DNA of 55,316 nucleotides, filler included, from Sphacelaria rigidula (lineage: Eukaryota), in NCBI GenBank assembly GCA_964200075.2. It is 6 parts of 6 records of this genome, joined end to end, with 100 filler letters (N's around TTAATTAATTAA, not from the genome) between each part and the next. Parts side by side here need not be neighbours in the genome. Positions count along the whole stretch, not along the records: positions 9,238 to 18,374 come from CAXNAA020009210.1; positions 18,475 to 27,610 come from CAXNAA020009211.1; 4 more parts are not named here. One strand, given 5' to 3'. Every line of letters starts with the position of its first letter. The stretch's first letter is position 1. The translations under genes were made by a program, and so were the position numbers. Under the pieces are notes generated by a model. It saw only the letters and a list, made by a program, of their open reading frames with translations, was not told where the DNA came from and did no database searches. Shown in pieces: positions 13,132 through 24,920 of the stretch.

Positions 13132-14979
13132 CTGCCGGTCAATGGGAGCGGACGAAGGACGGAGCGATGTTTATGTTGTGCGTACGGTACAAGGTTTGCG
13201 AGGGTAACGTTACCTTAGCGTGGTGAGCTTAGAATCATGCTGCGATTGGCGGAGAAACTGGGTATTTGATTTCGCGACACAAAGGGCGATATAATAGGTG
13301 TGTCAGACGACCAAACACACTCACTCGCTCGCGGTGCGCTCGTATTTGAGTAAAAAATGGTGATAATCAGTAGGAATGATGAGCGTTATTTTATCGGTAA
13401 CGGGCGCGTTCGAACAATCGTTGCTGCTTTCAACGACGATTTGAAGTGTGATTCCGTGGAAGAAATGGGTCAAAATACCTCCTCCCACCCACCACTATCT
13501 TAGCATTACTCCTTAAAAAACGAGGATTGAACTTTCTGTTAGTGGTCGACCCCGCCTTGACGAAAACTCGCTGAGTGTACAACAACGCCTGTTTCATCCT
13601 CCCCACCTCCCTAGGAGATGTCTGCTGCTCTGCTGTCAGCTGCCCATAACATAGGTTTTATCTCCGAGCAGAGCATATCGATAGAAAAGGGTAATGTGGC
13701 ACGCAATTTTCTGATTGGCCGAAAAAAAAACTCGGCAAATCTGATCGGCCAATATTACTTGGTCTACGGGTACCCCCGCAGATGTGTCATTGTGGTATGA
13801 GTCATTAAGTGCGTTTGCTGAACATATGTAAGAAAACAGTGGGTATGCGAAGTCAGGCAGTCAAAAGTTTCTATGGCTCGTTTGATCTTTCTGTATTTTC
13901 GCAGGTGCTCGACTTTGAGATTGATCACGTGAAACAACAACCATGGATGTCTGCGGAGAACCTGGATGACCGTACCAATGTGTACAGTAGTATACCGAGC
14001 TCTCGCAGCCAAGAGTTGCGATGTTGAGAGGCACTGCTCACTTATCGCTGCGAAACAAAAAAAAACTATCGTTAAAGAATGTAATCGATCATGGAACTAC
14101 ATGCGCGAAGACAGCACTGCTGCTGAAATTTCAGATTGTAATGCTTGCTTGTACTCAAGAGATGTGATAGTGTTTTGATATTTTCCATGTGGCAGAGACC
14201 GGTCGTTTCCGTTCATCTTTTTCTTTTTTTTCTCCCGTCTCCTTTTTTTTCTTCCTCTTTTCTTCTCTTTTCTTTTCTCAGTCTACCCTGCTTGACTGTT
14301 CTACCTTTTCTGTTATTTCTTAACTTTTCTGAAGCGAGTGTTTCATTTGTTTTTTCTTCTCGGGTACGTCCATCATTTTAATAATGCAGGATGACTACGG
14401 CTGGATCATGACTCCTGGGGGATCAGTTAAACTGCGACCATCAGTTATTCTGCGCATACAACAACGTTGAAAATGGCTACCATATCTCGCAGCCCAGAGG
14501 TGTGTGTGAATGCATATCTGGACACGCTGGTGCACTCATTTCCACATGATGAACGCCCGGGGGGGTGGTGTGCTCGCAAAAAATCATACGATAGATCTGT
14601 GATGGGGTGCACCCTGGATAATAACAATCTGTACAAAATTCATCCAGACATAGCCTGTAGAGGTGCCCATTTTGGGAGGCATGGTCGTACGCACGCTGTC
14701 GGCGTTGAAATGTGCTGAAACTTCGGCCACATGTAATGTAACCCACAGTCGACAAGCCCATTAGCCTCGATCTGGGGTTGCATGTTGCAGGAGTGCGCGA
14801 AGAGGTGAGAAAAAGTCAAATTCTGTTCCAAAAAATATAATATTTCTTCACTTTGGTCCAAGACTGAGTACAAACAACGGGGTGAATATGGGAACGCGTT
14901 CAACGCCGTGGCCAGCAAGGTTTAGTCGTCATCGTATCGTCATGGTTGAAATATACGTGATTTTAGCAGCAGAGCGTAA

Positions 14980-15081
14980 CCCTTAGACTGCGAGCGGTAG
15001 TCCATCCGGATCATGAATACTTTTTTCAAGTGAAATTGATGCCGATTCAACATATGGCCTACTACTCTCGCCGTCTAAGGG
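14980..15081. mobile_element. ~100-bp piggyBac-like MITE (CCCTTAG...CTAAGGG termini)
   Basis: TIRs visible; flanked by GTAA and TTAA; many further copies in 23085-24920. Confidence 0.7.
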
Positions 15082-15440
15082 TTAAGCTTTGGTCGAAAAT
15101 CTGTGGTTGACATGATGAGTATGAACTTGATTGTAGAGCACCGATATTTCGATCTTGAGAGGGGCTGAGTGCTCTTGGCTTGCTTGCCCAGAACGTGTTT
15201 TTGTCCAAATCAGCGCCTGCGCCGATTTGAGGTCTGCCAGGGCACACTTTGCCTACTGCAACCTTTGCACCCTCCTTGTCCGAGAGTTCTTATACGCCTT
15301 GGGTTGGGGTTAGGGTCAGGGTCAGGATTAGCGTTGTATACAAAACAAAATGTGTCAACGATGATGATATGACGACGACCTCGCGAAAAACCCGCCTTGC
15401 CGCAACTGGCTTCTCGCAGGGCGACATAATTGCCACCTCA

Positions 15441-16269
15441 GGGCGTGTCGTGGCACTTTTTTTTCGATCGAAAAAGTGGGGCGATGGAACCGATTTGAGC
15501 GAAATTTTCTCGTTGTGATGTAGTTGGGTCCAGATGGGTGGGTTTTCAAGCTTTCGATCGAAAAAATTCAGTGAAATTCGTGAAACGGTACATGATCACT
15601 CGTGTACAGAACATACAGTCTGTACGATCTGCACTGCTTGCAAGCAGTGTCTTGAGTGCGCGTGTGCGTGTTTCATACAGGAGGATATAAAGAAAAGCGG
15701 GCAACGTGCAGTGCATGCAGACAGCCCAGGGTTATCAGTTCTCTCTGGTGACAATGCGACGTGAAAAGGACTTCAGCAACGTGCAGCTTTGTACTGCCTG
15801 CACTGTCCATGAGCGTGCACGCAACTCGGTTGCCCACCCTGCCACGTGGTTCCGTCCTTGATCTCCACCATGAAAGAAGATGCGCAAGTTTTCGTCAACA
15901 GAAAATAAACGAATCATACCCAACAAACAACTGGAGTGTATCTATCCCTCAGCTCGTGCTTTATGCTGCAGGGTTGTGGTGGTAGCTGAGAATGACTTGG
16001 ATGGAGTTTGTATGGTCCTATGAGCAGTGTCATCTGGTGCGGTGGTCTATAAGACAGGAGTCAAGTGCCGCTCCGTGCCTTTCGACGGCATATTTCCGAT
16101 CGAAATTGATTATTCTTTGTCTCAAATATTTTTTTCCACGCGCCGCTAATTATAATTTTCAAGTCGAAGCCTTCTATTATAGGAACATGAATACGGTGGA
16201 CCTATCAGATCGGCAAAAAAGATTCGCCCGCACTTTTTCGATCGAAAAAAACAGTGCCAAGACACGCCC
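15441..16269. mobile_element. PIF/Harbinger-like non-autonomous TIR element
   Basis: TIR GGGCGTGTC(G/T)TGGCAC with subterminal TTCGATCGAAAAA motifs; 3-bp TSD TCA on both sides; shorter relative at about 24580-24770. Confidence 0.75.
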
Positions 16270-16444
16270 TCACTCTTTCGACTTGCAGGCCTCCCAATGA
16301 TAGCTACAGACTATCGCACACACAAAATGTATAAACGGGTCTAGATCTTCGTGACCACAGTACCGGTCGCTCCCGTGCCTCAGCTTCTACGGTTGTGGGT
16401 CGTGGGTTCTATCCTCGGTGAAGTCACACGATCTGGGATTTTTT

Positions 16445-16695
16445 CTCACACCATGTCACGACAGTAGTGGAGAGCGCCTATGTCGTTGGTGCACAAAATT
16501 CGAGTTATAATGATCGACGAGGGAAAGGGACGGCTGAACCCTTTTCGCGATACAAAAAGAAGACAAGCGCCGCAGGAGGGGGCGGAGAAGTAAAAACAAA
16601 CTAAAAAATCCTGGGTTGGCCTTCCTCCTGTGTGACGCCCGCTGATGCACCCACATATACCGAGAGGTGTAGACTATATAGACGGGATGGCAGTG

Positions 16696-16729
<34 letters not shown>

Positions 16730-16750
16730 AACAGCAACAACACAACAGCG
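16445..16750 (-). repeat. SINE-like repeat family C with adjacent (CAA)n microsatellite
   Basis: Core GGTATATGTGGGCGCATCAGCCGGGGTCACACAGGAGGAAGG also at about 18260-18374 (at the contig break) and 46555-46822; CAA run at about 16697-16745. Confidence 0.8.
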
Positions 16751-17304
16751 CTGCGGAGCAGCAGCAGAAAAGAGCCAGTGCGGTTTTCTGTCTTCATGTG
16801 GCTGTGCATGTTTCTGGTTTGCAGGCAGGGGTATTGCAGTTGCCGTTTTTCGCGCAATTTTTGGTCCTCTCCTAATTCCGCTTATATTCCATTGTCGGAT
16901 ACAGCCAGACCCCCGGCTGAGAACCCGCTTTCTATTGCTTGTGAGGATGATCGCGAGGGGTGGCGCTCTGTAACACTCGAGCAGTACAGCACAAAACAGG
17001 ACCTGCGTATTTCCTCGGGGGAGAAAACAGAACAACAGTACACTGACTGTTGGAGAAATTGGTGGAATTGGCGCAAAAAAGCGCAATAACATGAGCATTT
17101 CAGCAGCCTGTGCATGTTCATCAAGTGATTTCGGTTTCGGGTCAGGGCGAATAGCTGTGCTTGAATCCACTACGTAGATCACGCGAGGCCTCATCGTGCA
17201 GAAGCACCATGTACAATGAGAAACAGGCCTATCAAGAGACATATGTGGTGTGCAGCGGCCCATGTAATCTGTTCTGCGGCTACCGTGAGCACCTCGGAAC
17301 TCAC

Positions 17305-17471
17305 AGGAAGGCTTTGTCAGGCACAGCCTTCTCCAACTCAGCGTCACTAAGCTCCGCCATCTCCGCCGGGTTTTTCACGCCCGCCGCCACCAGGGCGGTA
17401 ATAAGGGGCATGGCCTTGGCCACCGGAATCTTAGCGTCGACGAGCCATCGCAGAATCCCCTGGACGTCCAT
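17305..17471 (-). CDS. Uncharacterised conserved protein, exon 1 (small helical domain, possibly SAM/HhH-like)
   Basis: ATG at 17471; MDVQGILRWLVDAKIPVAKAMPLITALVAAGVKNPAEMAELSDAELEKAVPDKAF; donor CT|gtgagt; phase 2, matching the next acceptor. Confidence 0.8.
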
Positions 17472-19554
17472 CTCTGGTGCGCCACCTCTTGTGTGCTGAG
17501 AAACCACCGCCCTGCACCACCCGCCGTTTACCCAACTTCTATTTGAGAGTGACAATTGTTGTCCCTGGGAACTTTTTTTTTTTTTACAGTATATGTGCAA
17601 AAGTCAGGCGTCGAGACAAGGCGAACCTTGTGTCTGATGTTGCTGAAACTTCGATAATATCTTGGGAGATACGACAGGTAGGCGTTGAAGCGACAGAATC
17701 AGTGTTGCGAAGCGCTCAGGGCGCTCCATGGGTTGAAACGGTGTTTATCAGCATGGCCATTTTTTTCAAATTCTATGTTCATTGTCTAATGACAATTGTC
17801 GAGGGTACGATATCAAAAGGCCGAGGAGGCAGCAATGGATCCTCCCAACCGTATCATGCATGGTGCTTCGCCCGCTCATGGATGAGTGGTCGACGCAACA
17901 CAACAAATGAGCATCGTTTGGGATCCGGTATATATTTGAAGGTACTGGGCTTAAATTTCTACTCCAAGGCGGGACAGCTTGATGTGCAGCTCCTCTCGCG
18001 CAAACTGTGGGGCCTGCCAGGGACCCCTGCGAAGCTGCCTGGCGAGGAGCTACATCCCCTTACAGAAAGTACCAGAACTTCCGCTCGAGGCATGATGTCA
18101 GTCTGATACTCATATGGAGCTGGTCACTATGGTGTTCTTCTCCCAGTCACAAGCTAGAGTAAGGCGGATCAAGTTTTTTTCGTGAATTTTTCAGTGGCTT
18201 AGCATCTTCCACTTTACCAAGCTGTTGCGGAGTATTTCCTCATTTAACTACAGTAAGTGGGAGTGGTGTGTGTATGTTCTCGTCACCATCTATTCTGGAC
18301 GCCGGTTTACACCTTCCGGTATATGTGGGCGCACCAGCCGGGGTCACACAGGAGGAAGGTCAACACGGGAGCTTNNNNNNNNNNNNNNNNNNNNNNNNNN
18401 NNNNNNNNNNNNNNNNNNTTAATTAATTAANNNNNNNNNNNNNNNNNNNNNNNNNNNNNNNNNNNNNNNNNNNNCGTAAATGGTCCAAGAAACATAGTTT
18501 TCCCGCTTTAGCGCAGTGACTAGGTGGAATTGTAAAAAAGAAATCCTTTTTGAGTCTTCACTTGTATAGTCCGGATCGAGTCGGTCCATCGGAAATACCG
18601 AAAAGCTAGAGCCTGGGATCGTATTTTCGCAGGACTCCCGAAGATCGGTCAAGCCCGTGAGTCATTCATAATTGACCGCAGACGATGTTTCTTTCAATAT
18701 TTGGTAAGAGGATTAAAATATCTCCGGATGCCCTTTTTTTTTGGCATCCAACAGTCACTGTGNNNNNNNNNNAAACAAATTTGGACAATCTTTGAGAAAC
18801 TAAGAAATTACGGATTCTGCATACTTCCGACGCTGACTACTAAAGATCCGGTGCCGCAGGTAGCCATTCGGACTTCAGGGGGTGGCACCCGGCTTTCCAA
18901 CTCGACGCGCGACGCCAAGTAGAAATAAACACAGGGTCCGACTACGGGCGAGACTCAAGGTCCCAAATACCACCAACCAAAGAAATAAGAATAGCAAGGT
19001 TCCATCTTTCGGCCTCTCGAGGGACAGCCATACGTACAAGCATACCAGGTGTATCAAGACAAGCACTGCATGACATCACGACACCCCTTATCGGGGGGGT
19101 TCAACTATACTGCATCACGGACAGGTTGCTGACCTCGTGTTATCCCCTACTTCGCCGGCTTAAGGGGGTGATGATGGTAGATCCGCAGCGCTTTCTGCTC
19201 TCGGTCATGGCTCAGAGTGTCACTGGCAAGGCTACTACAACCAACTCGCGTACATTGATAAGCACCACGGGGTACAAACTGAACGGTTGCCCGATATCGG
19301 TAAGTGCTGTGACCTTTTCGAAAAGTTCGATTTTTTCCCTGACTTGTCGAAGAATCTAGCGTCGGAATGAGTGTTTTCAGAAAAGTCGGCAAAAAATGAA
19401 GGAATTTCAATTTTTTTCGACAAAGTAGAAAAACAAGTCTAGAATGTAAGTGCCGTTGATGATACCCCATAGAATATTCTCACGGGAAGTCCCGAACACG
19501 CCCGGTCGGTTTTGTACGCTTCTTGGTTCATCTAGAAATAGGACCTCGAACGCA

Positions 19555-21020
19555 AGGTTGGTGAAGATATGATGTCAGAATTGATGTTCGCGGATGATTC
19601 TGTGGGGCGTATCAGGAGTATACCCTGGACAGTAGGTTATATTGTAAAAAAATGTGCTGCGTACAGTATGGAATATATTGTCTATTGCAATAGGCGCAAT
19701 AGTCGATACTGTACGCAGTACACTTCTTGACTGTGTATTCTCTTGCCCAGGGTGTGATCAGGAGCACCACAAGGATTGCAGAAAGAAATAGACAAGGCGC
19801 TACAATACACTAGGGAATTGAGAGTGACAGCGGACGTTAACTAATACGCGGGTTTGTGTGTGACGAATACACGACGAATCCGGTAGAGTTCAAATGAAAG
19901 TGGGGGGAAGAGGAACGGCAGATTGTAGACCAGTATACATACCTTGGCGTAGAGATCTCAGAAAACTGTTCTCGGAATGTATACATGAAAAAAAGTAACA
20001 GAAGAGGGTAACGCACAGATAAGCAGGATGGCGTGATCATCAGAGACTCGCATCTTGACACTAGGATCAAGAGATGTTTCCTGATGAACGTGAAGTTTGT
20101 GTAGAAGCTGGAAACACTACAGATGGCAGCAGCTAAGAAGAAACATGGGTGCTCGAAAACGACGAGTAATACAGTTTTGAGAGTAGAGTTGGGAATGTAC
20201 TCACTTGAAACAAACAGAGGGATGAAGAAACTGCGATGGCAATATAGCGTGAAGAACATGCAGAGAAAGAGACTGCCAGCTATAGTTGATAGGGCGGGCT
20301 GGAGGAAAAGTACGATAGGGCGGGCTGGAGTAAGGTGGGATAAAGAAGTTGAGAAAGTGTGGAAGGAGATAGGCGGAAACCAAGACGAAATACTGTCTAT
20401 AGAGGAAGACGCGGGGTACAAGACTAAAGTAAAAGACTTGAAAAAAATATGGGAAAAAGAAGCGCTCACACGCAAAGTAGACGAGGGAGAACACCCGAAG
20501 ATATACGGGGGGTTGAGAGAAGAGATACGGATTGAAGCATGTTTGCATGGCCCAATGGACGCGGCGAAAAAAATGATACTGCGATTCCGGGCTGGGGACC
20601 TGGATCTGCCAGGAAGAAGAGATATACCAGTAGTCGAGAGGAGGAGGGAGTAGATTCACATATTTGCCCCTATGGCAAAGCAATAGACAGCACAACTCAT
20701 GTAGTTGCAGAATATGGACTATACAAGGAGAAGCGGGACGTACTAGAGGGGGAAATGCAAGAAATTAAACGAAGGCGGCATGGAATCGTTTGATGCATTA
20801 CTCAGTAGGGAGAAAACGATGGCCATCGTAGGAGATGGTGGTCACAGACGGCGAAACAGGACGGGGATAAGATAAGTAGAAGGTTTCTGTGCAGTGTATG
20901 GAAGAAATGTAATGGAACACCGGAATGTTGGAGGTGTCTCTATTAGAAGTAGGAACCGTGCTCTGTCTTGAAAGGGATGCGTGGTCAATGGTCGAACGAC
21001 CAAGGTAAGCAACAAACGAG
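19555..21020 (+). mobile_element. Degenerate 5'-truncated LINE (RT C-terminal part and downstream ORF2 region)
   Basis: LMFADD RT motif near 19580, IVDQYTYLGVEIS near 19920, and ELGMYSL...KLRWQY...RLPAIVDRA in ORF 20123-20653; frameshifts and stops present. Confidence 0.85.
19619..19756. mobile_element. hAT-like MITE inserted in the LINE
   Basis: Perfect 8-bp TSD ATCAGGAG (19611-19618 and 19757-19764); short TIR TATACCCTGG/CCAGGGTGTG. Confidence 0.8.
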
Positions 21021-21067
21021 TAACCCCCCCCCCCCCCCCGCCTTCCCCTCCCCTCGGTGGAAATCAG

Positions 21068-21270
21068 CAAGGGTAGGTCGAATAGAGTATACTCATTTGC
21101 GGGGTATTTTGAAAGTCTGCTTCCAGCACATAAATTGGGAGTAGGGTTTCAGGGATTGCTCTCCAGTTATTTCTGGGTACGACTCCCACCACTCTACCCT
21201 AATTCGAGTAAGCCAAGTACCTCTTTCAAGATACCCCGCATTTGAGTATACTCTACTCGACCTGCCCTTG
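21068..21270. mobile_element. hAT-like MITE
   Basis: TIR CAAGGGTAGGTCGAATAGAGTATACTCA..., about 45 bp; 8-bp TSD GAAATCAG/GAAACCAG with one mismatch. Confidence 0.75.
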
Positions 21271-23084
21271 GAAACCAGAAAATGATTGAACTCATTGGAG
21301 GCCACCATTCAAATGCAGGATAATCAGTACGCTTCGGGCCGGACAATCTTAGCAGGATGCAGCTCACCCTTCATGCGACTAGCCGAACACATCACGGCGC
21401 CTCGCGCTTGGTGATTGATGGCGAACCTGGTTCGGCGAAAACCCCGGCGTGCTCCGTCCCGGCTTTGTGGGGGTGCACGGTCAACGGTCTTATGACTACG
21501 GCATGCAAGATCGTGAGTACACCCCTCGGTGGAGACCCCGTGCACGTTCTTAGACTTTCAGCCAGAGAAACTGTTCCGAGGTGAAGCTCGCTGTCGGAGG
21601 GTTGACCCACACTCGGGTTTTTTCACACGTTTTCCGAAAGTTCATGGTAAGAGTTTTCGAGCAGACGATACAGTGGGTCCGTGAGAATAAAAGAGAAAAT
21701 CCAACACGCGCTGTATGGGCATTACAGGTAACTTCGCCCAGGAGCTCTCCCCACTTGTGAGAACAGAACTTTCGCAGAACATTCTCGCCTGTTCGAGTGT
21801 GAACGTAAAAGATCGGAGCGTACGTAGCGGGATCTGCGGTTTGTGGAACGGGTACGAATGTGAATAATCTAGGCTCATGTGAGGGTCATTGTGGAACGGT
21901 GGATGCAAACAAATAGATCAGTCACGGAGGTTGAGATTTCAATCTTGGGGCAACGGGGAGAGACGGTGCGGCAGCTTAGTTTGAATTACTTCTTTTTCCC
22001 CATCGACCAACCCACCCTGGGTTTGTCCAGGCGTATGGGCATGTTCAGATCACATCGTGTATTCGTGATCAGGGCAAATGATACATTAATACCGCAGTTG
22101 AAGCGGGACGGGCAGGCTTCGGACATTGCGTATGGCACGATTTCAGAGGGAATTAGAAGAGGCGTGTAGTAGGGAGTTAACCCTTATGGAACCCTCCTCT
22201 CCTGCCTCCGGGCCAAACGCCTTCATTATGAGAAGCTCTGACAAAAGAAAATATGGTGAAAGAAAAGGCCGACGGCAACCATTTTTATAATAAAAGACCG
22301 AAGAATCCAGTAGGTTACGCGGCGGGTGAGGAAAAGTGTCCTCCCTGGAGAGGTCGGGTAAGGTTTGTCTAATCATATCACGCAACGGATGACGTGTGTC
22401 CAACTGTATCCATCGAAAAAATTCGCAAAAACACTATGAAACATTCCGTTCAAAAAACAGCAATGGGTTCCAGGTTCTGGTACGGCACACATCGGTAAGT
22501 AGGAAACATTTTTCTGTTCCACCCGTCACCCGCACGGGTCTGAAAAATACGCTTTGAATGAATGTTGTTGCGTCTGAGCTGTGAACCAGCAACCATATCT
22601 TGCTCTCAAACGGTCAACTGCAAGTGATCAATTTTCCATCGCGAGTTCCAGAAGGGTTGAGTAGCAGAGATGAATACATACATAGATAGTGCATGTTACG
22701 GTCTGGCTTGGATTTGCTTCGCGTCACATGTGATATATATGAATATCAATGCAAAATATTACACGTTCATGAGAGGAGCAAAACAAAAATCTGGGTCTCA
22801 AGTTAGGTGGACAGTTCCACCAGAGTACGCAGGAAGCGTTTTTGTCCGACCCTTTGCCTCGAGAACTCTTGACACCTCTCTTCTCCGAGGATTCACGTAT
22901 GCCTTGGTTGGGGTTCGGGTTTGGGGGCTTCTTGACGTCGCATGCGTTGGTAAGGGTAAAGGTTTGACGGCTTCTTATTGGAGGGAATACATCCTTTCTT
23001 CGAAAATCCTTTTTTTCAAAAACAAATGCTAATTGGTCGCTGCGATACCATGCCCCCTAAAATATGCCCCAAAGTGCAGCTTCA

Positions 23085-24920
23085 ACCCTAAAGTCGGCGA
23101 GTGTAGGTCATCTGTTAAATCGGCATTAATTTCACTTGAAAAAGTGCGCATGATCCAGATGGCTACAAGGGAAATTCAAGAAGAGCTGAATAAACACTCC
23201 TGAAATGTCCTTTCGAGGAGGGGACTGTTATGCACCTCGAAGGGGAACATATGTGCCGTTGACATGGGCACATGCTGAGGCTGTGTTGTGACGGGACACG
23301 AGGAGTGAGAATGCCCCGTGAGCGTGACAGCGAATCTGGCCGTTTTGGTGATGTTTTTGTTTTTGCTGACCATCCAATTGGCGAAAAATACATTAATGTT
23401 GCACTAACGACCATGTTCAGAACCGCCGAAGTTTTGAACCTGCGCGCAGAAATGGGCTCGACCTGGGTAAACTGCTTCGCGGCGAGACTCAAACTGGTCG
23501 TTGTGGGGGCAATCACCTTTCAGACGGGGATTTCGAAAAGGGGATAGTGCCCCTCGCCGAGACCCCGCCTTAGGGTTGGGTTAATCATGGGTCAACCGCT
23601 GAAATTGCTTCAGCTTCACTTGAAGAAAGTGTGCATGATGCAGATGAACAACCCTCGCGGTAAAGGAGTTCACCCTTCGAACGCGAGGGTAGAAGATCTC
23701 TGTTAAATCGACGCAGTTCATCTTATGTTCCTGGTGTAAAGCGGTGCCGATTCAACATATCGCTTACCCTCGCAGTCGAGGGGTTGAGCCGTGTCTTACC
23801 AAGACCAAGAGAGAAGCGGACAAAGGAACAAGCTCCAAAAGCAGCATGTTAACTGATAGCAGTGCAGGTTTGTGGTTGCGGCCATCAACGAAAATGCTGC
23901 TGTTGGAGCTTGTTCTTTTTCCGCGATTTTTTTGGTCTCGAAAAGACAGGTAGCTCATCTCTCGAATCGACATCGGGTCCACATGAAAACCTCGCCGCGT
24001 GGGCGACATGATCGACATGACCTACCCTCGCGGCGAAAGTAAACCTCGTGGCGGCGGCGAGGGTAGTCCATCTGGATCATTCATACTTTTTCCAAGTGAA
24101 ATTGATGCCGATTCAACGGATGATCAAAACCCTCACTCACCCAATACCATTTTCCGAGGAGAACATACCCTTAGACCGCGAGGGCAGTTCATCTGCATCG
24201 TACGGGTTCACCCGTAGACGGCGATTTTGCTGAATCAGCATCGATTTCACTTGAAAGAAGTATGCATAATCCATATGAACTACCCTCGCGGTCTGGGGGT
24301 TACCCCTTTGACCGCAAGGGTAAGTCACCTACGGAACCGTCATAAAAAAATGGTGTCAACCGTTCGACCGCGATGTGGGTAGTCCATCTGGATCACGCAT
24401 ATTTTTTTCAGGTGAACTTGATGCCGATTCAGCAGGTGACGTACCCTTGCGGTCAAAGGGTTTAACCCTTAGACCGCGAGATTAGTCTTTCTGGATCATG
24501 CATACTTTTTTTCACTTGAAATTGATGCCATTTCAACACAAGACTAACCTCGCGGTCTAAGGGTTGATCCTTCCTACTTGGAGCGTGTGTTCGCACACGA
24601 TTTTCGACCGAAAATGTGCGGTGGAAACGAAAAGCTCCGATCTGATAGGTTGTTATTTCAACTGTGGTAGCGTATTTCGGAGATGGTTGGAATCACGACC
24701 TATCAGATCGTCGTATTTGGTACCCGCCGCACTTTCTTGATCGAAAACTGATGTGCCAAGACACAGCCTTATTATCATAAGACCAAAAATGTGCGGAAAT
24801 AACAATAATCGCACATTGACAAGACCGCTAGGGTAGTCTATCTGGATCGCGCATACTTATTTCACGTGAAATTAATGCCGGTGCAACGGAACACCTAACC
24901 TCGCTGTTCAAGCGTTAACG
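23085..24920. repeat. Cluster of about 8-9 copies of the ~100-bp piggyBac-like MITE in both orientations
   Basis: Repeated TCCATCTGGATCATGCATACTTTTTCAAGTGAAATTGATGCCGATTCAAC core bounded by ACCCTCGCGG/CCGCGAGGGT. Confidence 0.75.
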
